A stretch of DNA of 64,000 nucleotides from Sphagnum compactum (Eukaryota): contig OZ234493.1 in NCBI GenBank assembly GCA_965153455.1, positions 7,182,213 to 7,246,212 on the forward strand. The letters are read 5' to 3'. Below the pieces are notes generated by a model. The model saw only the letters and a list, made by a program, of their open reading frames with translations, was not told where the DNA came from and searched no databases. The translations under genes and the position numbers were made by a program. Below, piece after piece: positions 25,022 to 40,300 of the stretch. How positions within the stretch are numbered: position 1 is the stretch's first letter; the number at the start of each line of letters is the position of its first letter.

Positions 25022-28000
25022 GAGCTATTGGGTGGGGACAGTCAGGCACCTGCAAGCTATGAAACAAAAATCCAGATCATCTAGCAGAACCAGGTTCAGT
25101 CAGTAGGCCCATATTCAAGTGAGTCTTTCCTCCTTTGGTATGCCTTTTGATTCCCAAACACAATTTGTGGTGCTTATGGATACATCTGACTACAAAATTT
25201 AGCCTTCACAACAACAACAAAAACTCCAATTTGCATTGATGGTAACATCCAAAAGATGGGTTAATCTCACTTTGTTGTTAGAGATCAGCAGCAATAAAAT
25301 GGCCTGTACAACAACACTGTACATTGGATGAAGTACAGCTTTTAAACAGTGTGCAAATGGGTTTGGACCAGTGTTGCGTAGGTACCCAGTTTAGCGGGTT
25401 AGAATTCAATTCCAGTTAGTAAAAATCAAACTGGAACTGGATCTGCTTTCTGGAAGTGGTTCAAAAACCAGGAATTTGCATAGGATACAATGATCTTCAT
25501 CACAAAGCACACTTTACAATCAACGACTCACTTCTGATTAGTCGGCCATAATGATTAACATAACCGATGGCACATAAATAATCCCTCACCTTAATCTGTC
25601 CAATCTTTTCCATGATTATGGCTGGGGTAGGGTTTAAGCTTTAGGGTTTAGGGCTAGGAAGATTATTAACATTCTATGTGGGATGTGATGAAACACCAAG
25701 TTTTTTTTTTTTTTTTGAACGGCACAAATGAAAAAAAAATCATTGCAAAGATGAACACTAACTTTAGAGGGCCAAATAGGCCGGTCAGTGAGTGGACATG
25801 GTTGTTGTTCTATTAGTCACTTACTGAAGTGATCCGAAGTTTTGACAATCCTTTTTTAAAGTTCTGACAATCTCTTTGGTTGTGACAGACAGTGCAGTGT
25901 CCTATTTTTTAATCTCTCATAACAGACAAACATTTTGCTATTTTATCACAGCTTTTACGACACACCACATGACCTACAAATATGTATGCTTTTTAGTTCA
26001 GGGTCATGGGTATTGGACCCACCCGTGTGTGTGTGTGTTTGCAGTTTGCACATCAAGCGAGGCACTATCATGAAGAATGGGCTTTGGGGGAGTTTCATAA
26101 AGAATGGGCTTATTGCTTACAGACAGAGCATGGTTATAGTTGAATTGGGATTATAAAATGGATGTCTGTGTCCCCCCGCATCAGATCCCATTTGCAGTAG
26201 TAGTGTACCCAACAGAGGTTTTGCAGTAAAAAAAAATTCAGAACTTAAGTGATGCTCAGAAGACAGCTAAGGATATTATATTTTCTCCCTTCTTTTTTCT
26301 CTGGTCCATAAACTATTGAAGGCCACTCACTACGGTAAATGGGTGTTGTTGATAATGGAAAATAGACTTGTTTCTATTATGAACTTATTAAAAGGCTCTG
26401 GTTTCAGCATAATGAAACTGACTACCATGTGAGTGCCAAAAGCCTGAGAATTATAACTTTTCCAAATCTGCAGAGATGACAAATTCACCCCCCGCAAAAC
26501 AAAAAAAAAAGAAGGTGGTAGTTGCTTGCTGCTGGTCAAGCTCAGCTCAAGATTCCTCTGAAGGGTTTTAGCCTGTTAAGTTTATGACTGGGTGTGCAAG
26601 TGGTGGGGTAGAGGACGTGGGGGAGAGAGGATCTTGCCATGTTAAGGTGCTATTGCATGTTCTGACTCTTTAAAAGTTTTGCAATCCAAAAACAGAGACA
26701 CTAGAGACTTCTGCAGCAGCACTGACACCCGCAAAGCTGGTAAGAATGGGGTTTTAACATCCTGTGAGACTCATATCACACTATGTCCATCTTCAGATTC
26801 CGCCACACAGTTTGGACAGTTTGCAGATGATGGGTGTGCAATACATAGCTGAACACCAAGGTTAGCTTTGGGACAAGAATACCAAATAAACAAAAAAAGA
26901 GGTGTTGTGATCTATCTTTCTTTCTTTCTTTCTTTCTTTTAATTTAACGTCAATACCCGGACCAGAGAGATCCATTTGACAACAATTACATAGTTGACTT
27001 GAGCAAAACACTCCTATCTATCGAAATTACACTATCCATCCCGCATGGTGCGCACTGGAAGGCAGCATAGACATTTTGGTCACTATTACAAGTGCATGAT
27101 CATCACCAGAAAGAAGATTAAATATTCATGTAATGTGGTCAAGGAAACTGATATATAATCTACCATCCCCAGACCTTAATGTATAGATACATACATGTAT
27201 TGGGTTGGGTTGTAACTGCCTTGATACTTGAGATTTGTTTTGGGCTACAAAAACACTTTTTCACATGTTTTTGAATTTTGAAAGCCATGCTCAATATCTG
27301 TCATGGAAGACAATGTTATCATCTGACTTTCATTGCTTCAAGGAGAATCTTGGTAAAGCAAAGTACAACTTGAGTGGGTGGTAAGATCAAGGAAGAAAAG
27401 CCCCAAAACTCAATCAATCCAAAGGTGGTTCTGCATTGGAAAAGCTTTATCAAAGTTACATATTGTTGGGATTGGAAACCTTTTTAAGCCTTATTGTTCT
27501 TCCAGAAGCAGTCTTTAAAAAGTGTTTGAAGGGCTATTACATTGAGAGGTCAACCATGATGTTCCCCCATCTATGGCAAATTACAAGTCTATAAAAACTT
27601 CAATCCAAGCAAAGGTAACCTAAATGACTAGCATTTGTACCTCGATTATCAAGTAAATTCCTTGTATAGTTATCATGTACATTGCCATCACATTGTATTT
27701 ACCTTCATCACGTAAAATGGATCAAACACATTGATTTCAACCCAACTACTTATTTGTAACATCCAAGTGGTGAATGTTCTCGGTTCCATGCAATGTTGTT
27801 CAAATCTTATAATTGTTGCAATAAAGAAAAAAACCTACTTTTTTATTTATTGGGCATACAACGATCCCAAGGATTTGATAGACAATAACGTTATTCATAA
27901 AGTCCCCCTTATTAAAGGATGAGAACCCCTAGTTCAGGTTGGATAGGGATGAGAGATTTAACATGGTTGCCAAAAAAAGGAAATGACATGGTGTGAAACT

Positions 28001-31000
28001 AATTTTTGTACCAAAATCAATGCAAAAACTAGTTTTGGTACCTTGCTTCATTTTTTTTGGGTCATTTTTGCACGAAAGAGCTAGTGCTCAAACTCTTGCA
28101 CAACCAACTCAAGGTTTTTAAATATATATATCTTTGCAATTGTGAATGTGTGAGGATGTAAAGAGGTAAGAAAATGAGACAATGACCATGATGGGAGTTT
28201 GGTTTTGAGATTTTCATCTTGTGTTTGTGAAAGCAAAGGATCTATGAGTGTGAAGGGTCTCGATAGCTTTCACGAGCAATGAACATGGAACAAGAGTGTG
28301 GAGACTTGAGGATTGACAATTTCAGCAAGGTGGTGACCTCATAAAACGAACTACAAAGTGGAGCTCCAAATTGCATAGTGGAGCATTGTGACTTTTGTTT
28401 CAAGAAGTTGCAAATCACAAGGAATGTCCAGGTCTCAAGTTTCAAATGTGAGGATTAAGTTTGCATTTGAACTCTCCAATCTCTAAACACCATTCAAGAT
28501 GGTGTTAGTAAAAAGTTCTAGGGAAGGCAAATATTTTTTTACGATTGTCATTCATTAAACTTGAACCTTTGGTATGCTTTCCTCTTGATGTTGTAGTCTA
28601 TTTTTATGTTCCACTTGAAGTTTTGTGGGGTTGTTCAAAAGTTGACTTATACATGGTTAGCATAATTCCTCCCATTGAAGTTCCTTCAAACTTAACAATT
28701 CCATTTGAGCTTTTAAACAACAATCTTGAAATGTGATGTCCCAATATCAAAAACTTGCAATTCAACTCACAAGCAACTTGTTGCCTCCTTTCATGGATGC
28801 CTTAATTCCAAACTACAACTAACCATGACCCCTTCCATGTTTTGGCATCTATGTTGAGTAAGCAAGGCATGGTTTAGGGTTGTAGGTGAGAATGTGTTTT
28901 GGAATAAAAAATTATTAGAATTGATCGTAAACTACACGTTGATTCCATTGCAATTCATGGCATTGTTAAGTGATCTCTTCAAGAGCACCTCAAATTTGAA
29001 GTATGTTGTTTGAAATCATGATGACATAATACTCATTGCATATGATTCAAACATAAAATCATACAAAGATTTTAGCTTCAAATTGGAAACCTTTAAGTAG
29101 AATGGAGTATTTTGGACTTTTTTTTTTTTGCATTGGAAACTCACTTTGGTGTGAAATGAAAATGAAAAAGGTTTTATTAGTATTACTTTTTGTAAATTCT
29201 TGAAGGTTGGAACTTTATTGTGAGCAAATTGGACCTTCATGGGTATTCATAACATCACTGTTGTGTAAATTTGGGGGACTAAAAGCACATTAGAGTCCCT
29301 CAAAATTGTTGTCACGAAATAGAATTTTTACATTTCAAAAAATTGACAAGATGTGTACACCAAACTTGATTGTGAACTTTGAGGAGATTTTAGAAGTTTG
29401 GAAATTGGTTTAATTAATTCTTTTTTTTTAAATCAACAAAAAATGAAATTTTTGTATGTGATGAATATATTTGAACCAATATAATACTTGTTGTAAAGTA
29501 TAAAAATTGATAACTATACTTTTAAAATGAGGTTATAGGTGAGATTTTTGTATGAAAATTTAAGGGAAGAATGAAAATGATATAAGAAAAGATAATCCAC
29601 CAATTGTTTTGAAAATGATTACTTTTAAAAAAATATTTTGGTCAAAGAGAAACATGATTTTTCAATGTTGGTAAACCATACAAACTTTATTATTGAAAGG
29701 TCCCATTTGTGTTGTAGACTTGAAAAAAGACTTGAAGTGGATTTTGAAGGTACTAGTCGTGTTGTAGATTTGGAAAGATGTGATTTTGGGTTTATAATGG
29801 ACTCAAATTGAATTTTAGAAGGGGCATTTGTGATGTAGACCTGGAGAGAGGTTAAGGAGGTTTTGTAATGGATTAATATCCTCATTTGAACGCCCAATGC
29901 TGATTTGATGTGTATATAAGCATGGAGAAAGGTTTTGTGGTGCTTGGGTATTCACCTGATTTGAAAATCCAAAGGTTCTATAGGGGTATATATTGGTTTA
30001 AATTTGAATTTCCAAAAGTTATACAATGGTTTGCATTGACCTCATAATTTGAACTTCAAGAGGTTTTATAATGTTTGGGTATGTACCTTATTTGAATGGT
30101 TATTAAACATTTTTGGTAGTTTTGTGACTTGGGCTTTATAGAGATGATTTGTGTGAAATAAAAAGCATTTTGTGCATTTAGTCTAGAGAGGTTTCTCTAG
30201 TTATGGCCCTAAACATGACAAATGATCATGAAGAACTAAAGTGGATGGTGTAAGGGACTTCATTTGAGTTAAATGCAAAATGCAAAGTCTTGATTAATGA
30301 ACCAAAGGTTAAAGGTGCCATGCAAGGAAACAACCCTAGTGCAAATGATTGTGAAATCCTTCCATTTGAACATCATGGCCATGAGTTATAACTGTCGCTT
30401 TACATTTTACTTTGAAAACAAAAATCATATAACTTGATTGATACCGTTTCTTGTTTGGAAGGGACATATGGTGAATAAGAAGGTCACTTATCTTGACAAT
30501 TTGTTTCAAAAGGACTTTTTGAAGGATCAACTCTAGGATGTTTTGAAAAATTGAAGACATATCACATTGAATGAAGAGGGGAATGAAAATGTGGTGCTAA
30601 ATGTGATGAAGTACTAGCATAGTTTTTAAAAATGGATTATTTTACCCCAAAAAATGACTGAATTTTCTAATTAAAGAATGCCCAAAATGATAGGTGTAAA
30701 ATCCACCTTGTCAATCTGGACAAGTTGATTTGGATGTCATTTAACTAGGGTGATTTTTTTAATTGGCAAAGTAGGAGACCATTTGACTGGCAAAGAATGG
30801 ACCATTTGACTAATCAAATTTGTACCTAAATTAAAATCATTTTTTTGGACTATTATTATTAAATATTCTATAAATAGGTAAATTGTCATAAGTTTAGTTG
30901 GTCATAAAAAGATAAACATGCATGTAGGTGGTAAACTTAACCTAACATATTTACCTTAGCCTACCTAGCTCTTTAATTTAACCTACCTACCATGGTCCCC

Positions 31001-33375
31001 TTAGGCATGCACATAAGTTACAAGTATGATAAATTAATTCTTTACCAAGGGTCTACACCTTTCAAAGGTGATAATTTTTGTTAAATTTTTAAATTTTTAA
31101 TACATGTTTAATTCACATCATTATTTATTTTTGTAGATAATTAATTAATAGGTTAGAGGTGGGTTGGTTAGTAAGTAGGTTGCAAGATGCATGATAGGTA
31201 GGTAGAAGAGATAGGAAATAGGTACATAAGAGGAAAAAGGTAAGTAGGTAGGTAGGTAGGTAGACCTAAGCTACACCTATTTAACCTAGGTAGTAGTTAG
31301 GTAGGTGTGTAAGTAAGGAAGTAGGCCTAGGCTACCTACCTACTTAAATCTACCTATTTAACCTAGGTAATAATTAGGTAGGTAGGTAGACCTAGACTAC
31401 ACACCTAACTTAGGTAATAGTTGGCTAAATTTGGCCTATTAACTATCATAATATGTTCAATTTGATTAGAAAATCATTGGTCATTTTGACCAAACTTTTT
31501 TTTTTTTTTTGGTTTAATTTGACTATCTATGTCACATTTCAACCCATTGGCCATTTTGACCAAGGTGGTTATTTTTTTGTTCAACTTGACTATATGTTTC
31601 ATTTGATAAGTAGTCAAATAGGTCATTATAGTCAAGTTCATTAATTAAAAAATACACATGTCATTCAAGTCACGGGCCTCTAGTCATAATGAACATGAAT
31701 CAAAGTGAACAAGGTACTCAACTAAGGAACCTAAAAAACCATGGATTGTATTAGTGGATGGACATGTTGTTCAAAATGTTATCAAAAGGAAACAAAATTT
31801 GATTGATGGTGTAGATTTAACCCACCCACAATATTGACCCCTTTATTCTTACTTTCCATGATTTTGTAAACAAGTTTATTTCAACCCCATGTTTTACTAT
31901 AGGCCCAAGCTTTGCATCTCATCCAATTGGCAAGGCAATGACAAAGGCGAAATTATTATAAGTGTAATCCATGAGCATTATCGCCATGGCACGAAAGATG
32001 TAGGTCAACAATAAAGATGTCAAAAGTAAATATGGATGTTATCATTGATAATAAAAGATAGTTTAGGGTTAACATTATCAAAGCAATTAGTGACCTACAA
32101 ACTTTGATAGATATATGCAAAATTTAGCAAAGGTTCAAAAAATGTTGAACCTATGACTAAAAGTCTCCATCCTAGCCGTAATCAATGGGTCATTTATGTG
32201 GCCCCCAAGGACTTCATTTGTGAAGTCCATTTGGCATTTCTGCAAGAAATTAATCAAAATAATTGTAGTTTTGAATAAGTGACTATACTTCGGTTTTGTT
32301 GAATAAAAATGTTTCATGAGGCTTCTCAATTTGAAAAACCCCCAATTCCCCATTCCACTTGTATTCCATACCCTACATGCATTTTACTATATGCATGCAT
32401 TGCATGTAAGGCATGCATAGGAAAAAATCCTCACCTCCCAAATTGTTGCATCACAAACATCACTTCATGCATAAACCTTGGGTCCCCAATAAATGCTCAA
32501 AATATGTCCTTGTGTACAAAAAATCACAATAATTTTTGTACAACTTTGATTAATGAAGGATGATGACATCATGATAAAAGTTAAGGTACCCATTTTCTAA
32601 GTAAATGAATAATCAATGGTGGTCAAGGACCATAATGTTGTTCCTACAATGCATATTTTTTCATCCATTGAACCACAAATTGTGGGCTTGAATATTTGAT
32701 GAATTTTGATTGATATGATGGATTTTGATTATTTATGGATCTTGATAAAACTTCAATTAATGAACCTGATATAGATTTGGAATTCGAAGATATGTGTATC
32801 GAGGTAGCCTACTCCTCACCAAGGGTTTTTTAAAGGTTTTTCAAAGGTAGCCAAGGTGGCTAGGGCTTTGCAGTCTAGGGCTAACATACCACCTATAAAA
32901 AAAATTTATATATTTTTAATATCACCGTTTTGTGGGCAAAAATGAAGCCATTTTATATTTTTTTATGCTAGAAGGTTGCTTGCTACAAAGTTGTTACTTT
33001 CAATTTTGGAAGTGACCATATTTTCCTACAAGTATAAAAAATGGTGAAAATTTTGAAAATAAAATAAAATTGGCATCCAAGAGATTAAACAAGTGGAATT
33101 TATCTCATATAAACATCAAAATCAAAATCTACCAAGGGAATTGAACCCTAATCCAAATGGATCTTACCCATTGCAGCAAAAAATAGGCTTGCAAAAGAAA
33201 CACACACACACAAAAACATAGTTATTAGTCTAGTAAAAATAACAAAAACATACCAATTGTCAATAAACACATATCAAAACTAATAACAAGTTATAAACTA
33301 CAAAAGCAAGATTTTGAAGCACAAAAAAGGTTTGGAATATGGGGGAGCAATTTTTTTCTTAAAATCTTGTTATTG

Positions 33376-35720
33376 TTATGCTACCCTTTGAACCTTCTTT
33401 TGTGTCCATGATCTCATTATTGTAGAAAATGGGAAATTTTCCAAAAAATAATTTTTTTGTGCATACATATGCAATACTGAATCTAAATATTTAGCAAATC
33501 GATTTCTCAACTTGCTTTTAGTGAAGGATAAAGTAGAGAAACACATCTCATCTTCCACACTCCCCAAAACCATAGCCATAAAAAGTTCAATGAACTTTAG
33601 CCACTCAAGTAACTTATGATAAAAAAATTGATTACTAGCAAACAATGCCCACATCTTTGAACATAGGTTACATTTGTGGGTGATTTCATTGCCATTACTG
33701 CATTAGACATCGTAGTCATCTTGAAGAAAGATGTTTGTTCATTCAACTTAGCCTCATCAAGCAAGGTAGGAATAAAAACTTGGTTGGGACCAATGTGTTT
33801 CCCATGACAATAATGCGCCTTTAACATACCCAATTGTGTAAAGAATATGTGTTCAACTTTTACTTGAAACCAAAATTGAGGGTAAATAATGCTAGTGGCA
33901 TTCATTCATTCTTGTGATGGAAACCTTTTTTCCAATTCTTCAATGAGGCCATGAGCAACATTGTTGCCACTACTACAAAATGTGGGTGCAGTTCATTAGT
34001 CCCCATTCATTAAATTGGTCAGTGAATTCATTGCATCCCCACTAGGTCTCATTCATTGCAACTAGTGAATTGACTCAAAATCCAATGAAATAACTTGGCA
34101 TACAAGGACACCTTTTGTTGTAATGTGCATTGTTTTTAAACATCTTGCACAACCACCAGCTAGTCATCCTTGAAACCCAATTCAAACACCCTTTTAATGT
34201 GTAGTGCTTATACAACATGTAACTCCTCCCATGAAACTAAAATGTTGCATATTCAATCCTTGAAGATGGTTTATTAACCCAAACATGATGTAAAACATGT
34301 TTCACAATGGTCCATGTGCAATGTCTAGAAATCGATCAAAATATTATGCCCATACCAACTTGTTTGCTCATCATAATACATTCAATAAAAATCCCTTGAC
34401 AACTTTTGACAATAACAATAAAATCACAAATAAAGGCATATTGAGTTTGAGCAAACTTAGAAAGACTTTGAACACATTCCAACATAAGGATGAAGCAAGC
34501 AAAACCCCAAAAAACCTCAATATCGCAAAGTAGATTTAGATTTGTTTTGGTAGATTCATTTGACACTTGTTCTTGAAACATTTGATCACCAAGGTCTTGT
34601 ACTCGGTCAAATGTACTTGGTAGGAGAAAGCATGGAAATCCAACATGTCTTGACACTGTGAAGGGTCTTCAAAGCTTTATGCTCCAAAAATTCAGCCAAC
34701 TTACATTTGTCCAAAACATACTTAGGGGATGTATAATAATAATTGTACACAAGTTGTCATAGAGCTTTAATCTTAGACACTAATGGCATTTTGGAGAGCA
34801 TATGAATAACAAGATTATTTTAGTGGGCAACACAATGCACCCCTAACATGAAAGGGGCATGTTTTCCCTTCAACTGTGTGATAACACCAATCTTAACCCC
34901 TTGAAAAACTAACACACCATTAGCACCAAAACTGATTAGTTTAGAAACCAAATGAGTATCGGAAAAGCTTCCATTCTATAATAAGCTTGTCATAATCACC
35001 TGAGTTAAGTTGTTTGCAGTACCACAAAACAACACTTGTTCCAATGTTAGCAAAGTAGGTATGTATTTTCAACCTTCAACCACATACGCATGAACAACAA
35101 TCCACCACTAGTAATTCACAGTAGTGACTTCATCAATAGACACAGAAAGGAACTTTGTTGATTAAACAACTAAGCATGTTTTTGTGAGCATAATTTCATG
35201 CATGCATTTGACCATTGTCCAAACACTTGTGTCATTCTAGTGATTTCGAAGGCTCTTTGGGACTTGTAGAAAATCAAATAATTTCCTCATGCTTTCATAA
35301 TCTATAATTGGGTGCCCATGTTTCAAAACATGATAAATTGTCACAAACTACACAAATCTATGTTTTTGTTTAGAATTTGATGACCAAAAACATAACTTTT
35401 TGATGATCCAAGATGATTAAGAACATAACTTTTACCATGCAATGTTATAAACTAACATTTCTTGGCATTTAGCTAGTCAAACTCAAATAATACTCACCTT
35501 TTGTTACCCTTGGCTTAGCTTTGCAAGAACCTTTTGAAGACCTATGTGTTTTTGAAGGCTATTAAACTTGGGGACAAGCAGCTTTTCACGTTTCTTTACA
35601 TCAATACAAATTTTACATCTCACCATCGACAACTTCCCATTCAAACCAACAATTATTTTTGCCCAAGGCAATTTGGCAACCCAAACATCTTAAAAACTTG
35701 ATTAAGTTCCCATTTAGGCT
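33376..35720 (-). mobile_element. Degraded hAT-superfamily (ZNF862-like) DNA transposase relic
   Basis: Collinear broken motifs on the minus strand: LLVPKFNSLQKH (~35550-35585), FLSVSIDEVTTVNY*WWIVVHAYVV (first catalytic D region, ~35080-35152), MLGVHCVAH (hAT CxxH motif, ~34823-34849), IIYPQFW, and SVEDEMCFSTLSFTKSKLRNRF (C-terminal hAT dimerisation region). Many stops and frameshifts. Confidence 0.8.
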
Positions 35721-36919
35721 TCCCAAGTTTTTTGTAAGGGCCATGAGGAACATAATATGTGAAAGCATGAACTTCTTCCCCAGTAGTAGTAGTGCCATAG
35801 GAAGAAGCTACAAACATTGACACATAAAGGATTGTAAGGTTTTGTTGCATTGTAGTAGTCAAACCATGCTTTGACAATTGTTCAACAACAAACGCATCAT
35901 GACAAACTTGGAAAAAAAATGGTGAAATAAAAAATTTGTTAGAGGTTTTAAGGGATCCATACCTCAAATCGAAAGCACAACACAAAAGTAAGTTGAATTT
36001 CAAAATTGCACAACATGTAGGACGTTGAAAAAATTTACAACAACTTGTAGCTTTTTGAACCTTCAATGTTACACAACAATTCAATTCACAAGCAATGATA
36101 GAACTTCTAAACTAATTAGGAATCAACGATAAAAACCAATGAGCATTAAGCTAACATTCAAAACTGAGGTTGTGCTTGGTTATGACAATCGTCAACATAC
36201 CCAAGCATGCCTAAGCGCTATGAACTTATTACAAGCTACAATAACACTAATTGGGATTTTGATCTTCAAAAAACAAATTTGTTTCGATTTATAATCCAAC
36301 AATTGACATTCGCAAGCAATAGTTTGATGATCGATCTCATATCCACCTTGAGTCACGCACCAAGCTCCAAGTAGTGAACACCTTGAACAATTTTTTGAAA
36401 ATGAAATCATAAAGAATTGAAATCTAGATGTTTAAAGCTTCAAAACAATTTAACAATAAACCTTGTTGACACATAATGAAATTGTAGATGCTGCAAAACA
36501 AATATCTTGTCGTTGCTCCAAAATCTAGATAAAATGTTGATTCTAATAGTCACATTCAATAGCCTGAAAATTTACTAAACCTTCAACCTTGTAGATAGTA
36601 GGCGGTTACATACAGATTCCTAAAAATGAAAGGGGGTGGCGAAGCTTTGAGTAAAACTTTCGCAAAAGGCGATGAAGTGCAAGGAAAGACTATTGAAAAA
36701 GAAGTGATCCATGATCATTACACATTAAAACTTGGCATCCAAAGGTTCACACAAATTGCGATTGGCAACAACAAACCTAAGTCGTTTGTTGACATCCTGG
36801 CCTTAAAACTTAAAGCAATGTCAGTTCTTGGTGAATTTGGCAAAATTCAACCTAAAATCATAATGGGGAGGTCGAATATCAAATTTTTGGGTAAAAAATA
36901 TGCAAAATTTTGCCATTAA

Positions 36920-37300
36920 AAAAATACTTGCTCTTCACCAATAGGTTATTGAATTTGTCAACTATGGCTTCATTAATGTGAAATGCAATGAAAACATATT
37001 ACATTCTTCTTCTAATTCCACATCAAAGGATCATACATGTTATCATGTTTCATATACACAAAGAAGTTGAGTAGTTTTTGTTCTAAGGTCAATTTAGATG
37101 GATGCCTAATGACAATGTGAACCTCATTAGTGAATTTAACATAACCTATAATTGTGGGTATCATAAGTGTTGTTAGGTCATCAAATTGTAACAAATTAAA
37201 ATTTATCAAGGTTTTGAACAAACCTACAATTTTTTGTATTGTGGCAAGCACATTATGAACACCCACATTTTAATCCATCAGCTACTTAGCACCCACTTCC
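36920..37300 (-). mobile_element. Degraded PIF/Harbinger-like (DDE_Tnp_4-associated HTH) transposase fragment
   Basis: ORF 37012-37266 reads GLFKTLINFNLLQFDDLTTLMIPTI...RHPSKLTLEQKLLNFFVYMKHDN...WN, resembling the RPSKLT.EQRLL.F..Y.KH helix-turn-helix that precedes Harbinger-type DDE nucleases. A broken continuation FIA.HINEAIVD follows. Confidence 0.55.
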
Positions 37301-40300
37301 AATTCATTTTGCATTGAATAGGTCCCCTATGTAAACAACTATAACTATAGCCACAAACATAATTTAATGTTACATGCCCATGGTTTGGAACATTTCTTCA
37401 TCGCTACTTGATGATGAACTAAATACATCACCCATGGAAGAAGAGGCATGACTCAAAAAATAGTTGTGGAACATAAGAAGAAATGAAAACATCTATTAAA
37501 AAAATAAAGCAAGAAAAAATGAAAAACCTTTCTAAAAAATGAAAAGCACTAAAAAAAATGAGAGGGAACCCAAATGGAAAGGATTAGAGCTCGCAAAAGT
37601 GAAAATGAAAAATAAATAAAAGTGGGAAAAGTTCATTTATAAAGAACTCCATGTAGAAGAAACCCTAAAAATCACCTTTGGTAATCCATAGTGCAAACTC
37701 TAAAAAATTTCTAAAGTGAAAACCTCAAAAACTATGTTTCAAATTTCTAAAAAAATATTAAATCCCTATTTCCACCATCAATCCCTAATTTTTTTAAGTC
37801 TCGATAGACATGTAGAGCATTGTGACACTATAGGGGATACAATGCCTTGTGTGGTGGTTTGAGTTGCGATAAAGTCCATGGTGATTTTGCGATTCAATTT
37901 TGATAGGATATTTCATTTAATTTATTTTGTTGTTCAAGAAGAAAAATTTCCATGATTGAAGGTCTCATTTTTTTCACAATGGATGAAATTCATGATCCAT
38001 CATCACCTAGTTCATTGTTCATAAATGAACTTCATCCATTTGTTTGTTGTCCCTATAGGGACCTACAATAAAGAGAATAATGCCTCCTTAAGGGGTCTAT
38101 GCAACATATCAGATCTTGAATTTAATTTTGGTGTAAACTTTATTAAATTCCTTTGTCAATAATTTCATGCAAATAAAAGGGCCTAGGGTTTTCCTTTAAT
38201 TCAAAAAGTTTCCATGGCACATTTTTCATATTAGGAATTCATGGTAATACCATTTTGCAAACCTATGGCGTACATCATTGATGAACATAAACTTGAAACA
38301 TGATCTTGCAAACCTTATGTGGTAGATTTTGTGTTCATGATAATTTTCATGTTTGTGATTGCATTTTCATTGACACATGTGATAGCATTACCATTATATT
38401 GCTTCAATATTTGTTGATATTTGTGGAAATGTCATTAAAAAATATAACACTTCAAATATATTAACTTATGGGGAACACATGTTAATAACACTTCTTAAGG
38501 GACATAACAATTACAATAAGTGTAATCACATGAACAAGAACAACAAGTGTAATACATGCTCAATTTTTCATGTTTGGAAGCGGTAATTAAATTGATTGTA
38601 AAAGTATAAGATTTTTAATATAATATAGTTCATAATATATCATTGGAACATATGAATAATCTAAAAAATATCCAACGAATAAAAAGCTGTCAAAAACATT
38701 TATTGAACATTGTAACATGTGTTTTTTAACATTAAAAAGATTTATAAATAGACTTCAAAACTTTTGATGATTACATATATCTTGATTTTTTTTACATAAA
38801 CCTTGACATAATAATATTTTTAAATAATTTAAATTTTTTGAAGAATTTTTTAAAAATTAAAAAATAATTCCTTCAAAAGTAGTCCCCTGAGAAGGCAGGT
38901 GTGGTTGTTATCATGTTTGCACCGCAACCTAAATTTCAACTAATAATTGTTGGGTAAGAATGGAAGAAAAGAAAAACCCTTTGATCTTGAAGACTAACAC
39001 CCCCAAAAAGTTTTAACAAAAAAAAAAAACTCTAAAATAATCACACAAAAAAAAAGGTACACACAAACAAGGGAGATGCATCCCCATTAGAGGGTGGTGC
39101 TACTACCCCTCTTTCAAGTATACCCAAAAACTTCCAATAAGCAATTTTCTTTGGTCATCAAGTCCTCTCCATCTACAAATGCCCTCATATTAGGCTACCA
39201 CATATTCTTTCGAAAAGATCAAAACCACCTTCACAATATTTCATATCAAAATGTACACACAACCTATCATAACATACTCCATGTATCCCCCACCAAAACC
39301 TCATCAAACATATATTAACAAAAAGGCATCCTTTAACTATATCTTTAGAAAGTAGTATCTAGGTTAAAAATTGTAATATATTCTTGTGTGATGTTGTAAT
39401 TTTGCATCATGTGAATTTATGGGAAAAAACAACATAACAAAACCCATCATTTCATGCGTAAAACCTCTCCCCATATGTAGGTAGATTCATGAGTTAATAC
39501 CAATAAATCTAGACATTTGAAGTATTATCCTTTCAATCCACTTTATATTTAGGTTTCTATTTGGGATGCTATTTTATAGTATACTTATGCATAAAAGAGT
39601 TATTTTGCCTAAATAGAATAGTATGTAACATAAAACCTAATATATGACATTATGGAAATGGTTTACTATTGAAAAACACTAGGAAAATCAACTTATGAAC
39701 TAATTATCTACTTATAGTAAGCATTGTACACTTGACCTTACAGAAAAAACAAGTTTTGTAAAGCACATTCAAGGTCTAATGGATGTTTCAATGGATTTAT
39801 GATTACAAAAGTTATTTAGGAATATGTTCAGTTTTATTGATGATATTATCAATTCCTATTATCAAATGCAAGAAAATAATAATCTTAATAAGAAGATATT
39901 TGCTTGGATGGAATTTCCCACTTTTGAAGATATTGTGTTTGGAATCCTCATTTCATGTCCTCAAAGTCCATAAAGGGAAAGTATATTAGGCTAAGATTAC
40001 ATAATGTGTGTGTGATTAGCAACCTTTGCCAAAGGATACCATGAAAGTCATTTTTTCACATCTCCTCAAGAATGAGTGGAAAGTCATTCCTATTTAGTGC
40101 TTGAAGGTTTACATAGCTCCTTGTCATTGTGATGGTGAAAGGAATCATTTTCTACAAAGCTTCCCAACAACTCCTAACTTAATGTATGTTGACATAATTG
40201 TGAAATGGGTTCAATTTTGACCATTTGACCTTTAAACATCAAATTTGTATCACCTATGTGAGTTTCAAAATAAAGCAAAATTTTGGTAGGGAAAAAATTG

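Noticed and set aside
27300..30600. Possible Mutator-like transposase relic
   Set aside because: It looks like decayed coding DNA, but I could not recover diagnostic motifs with confidence.
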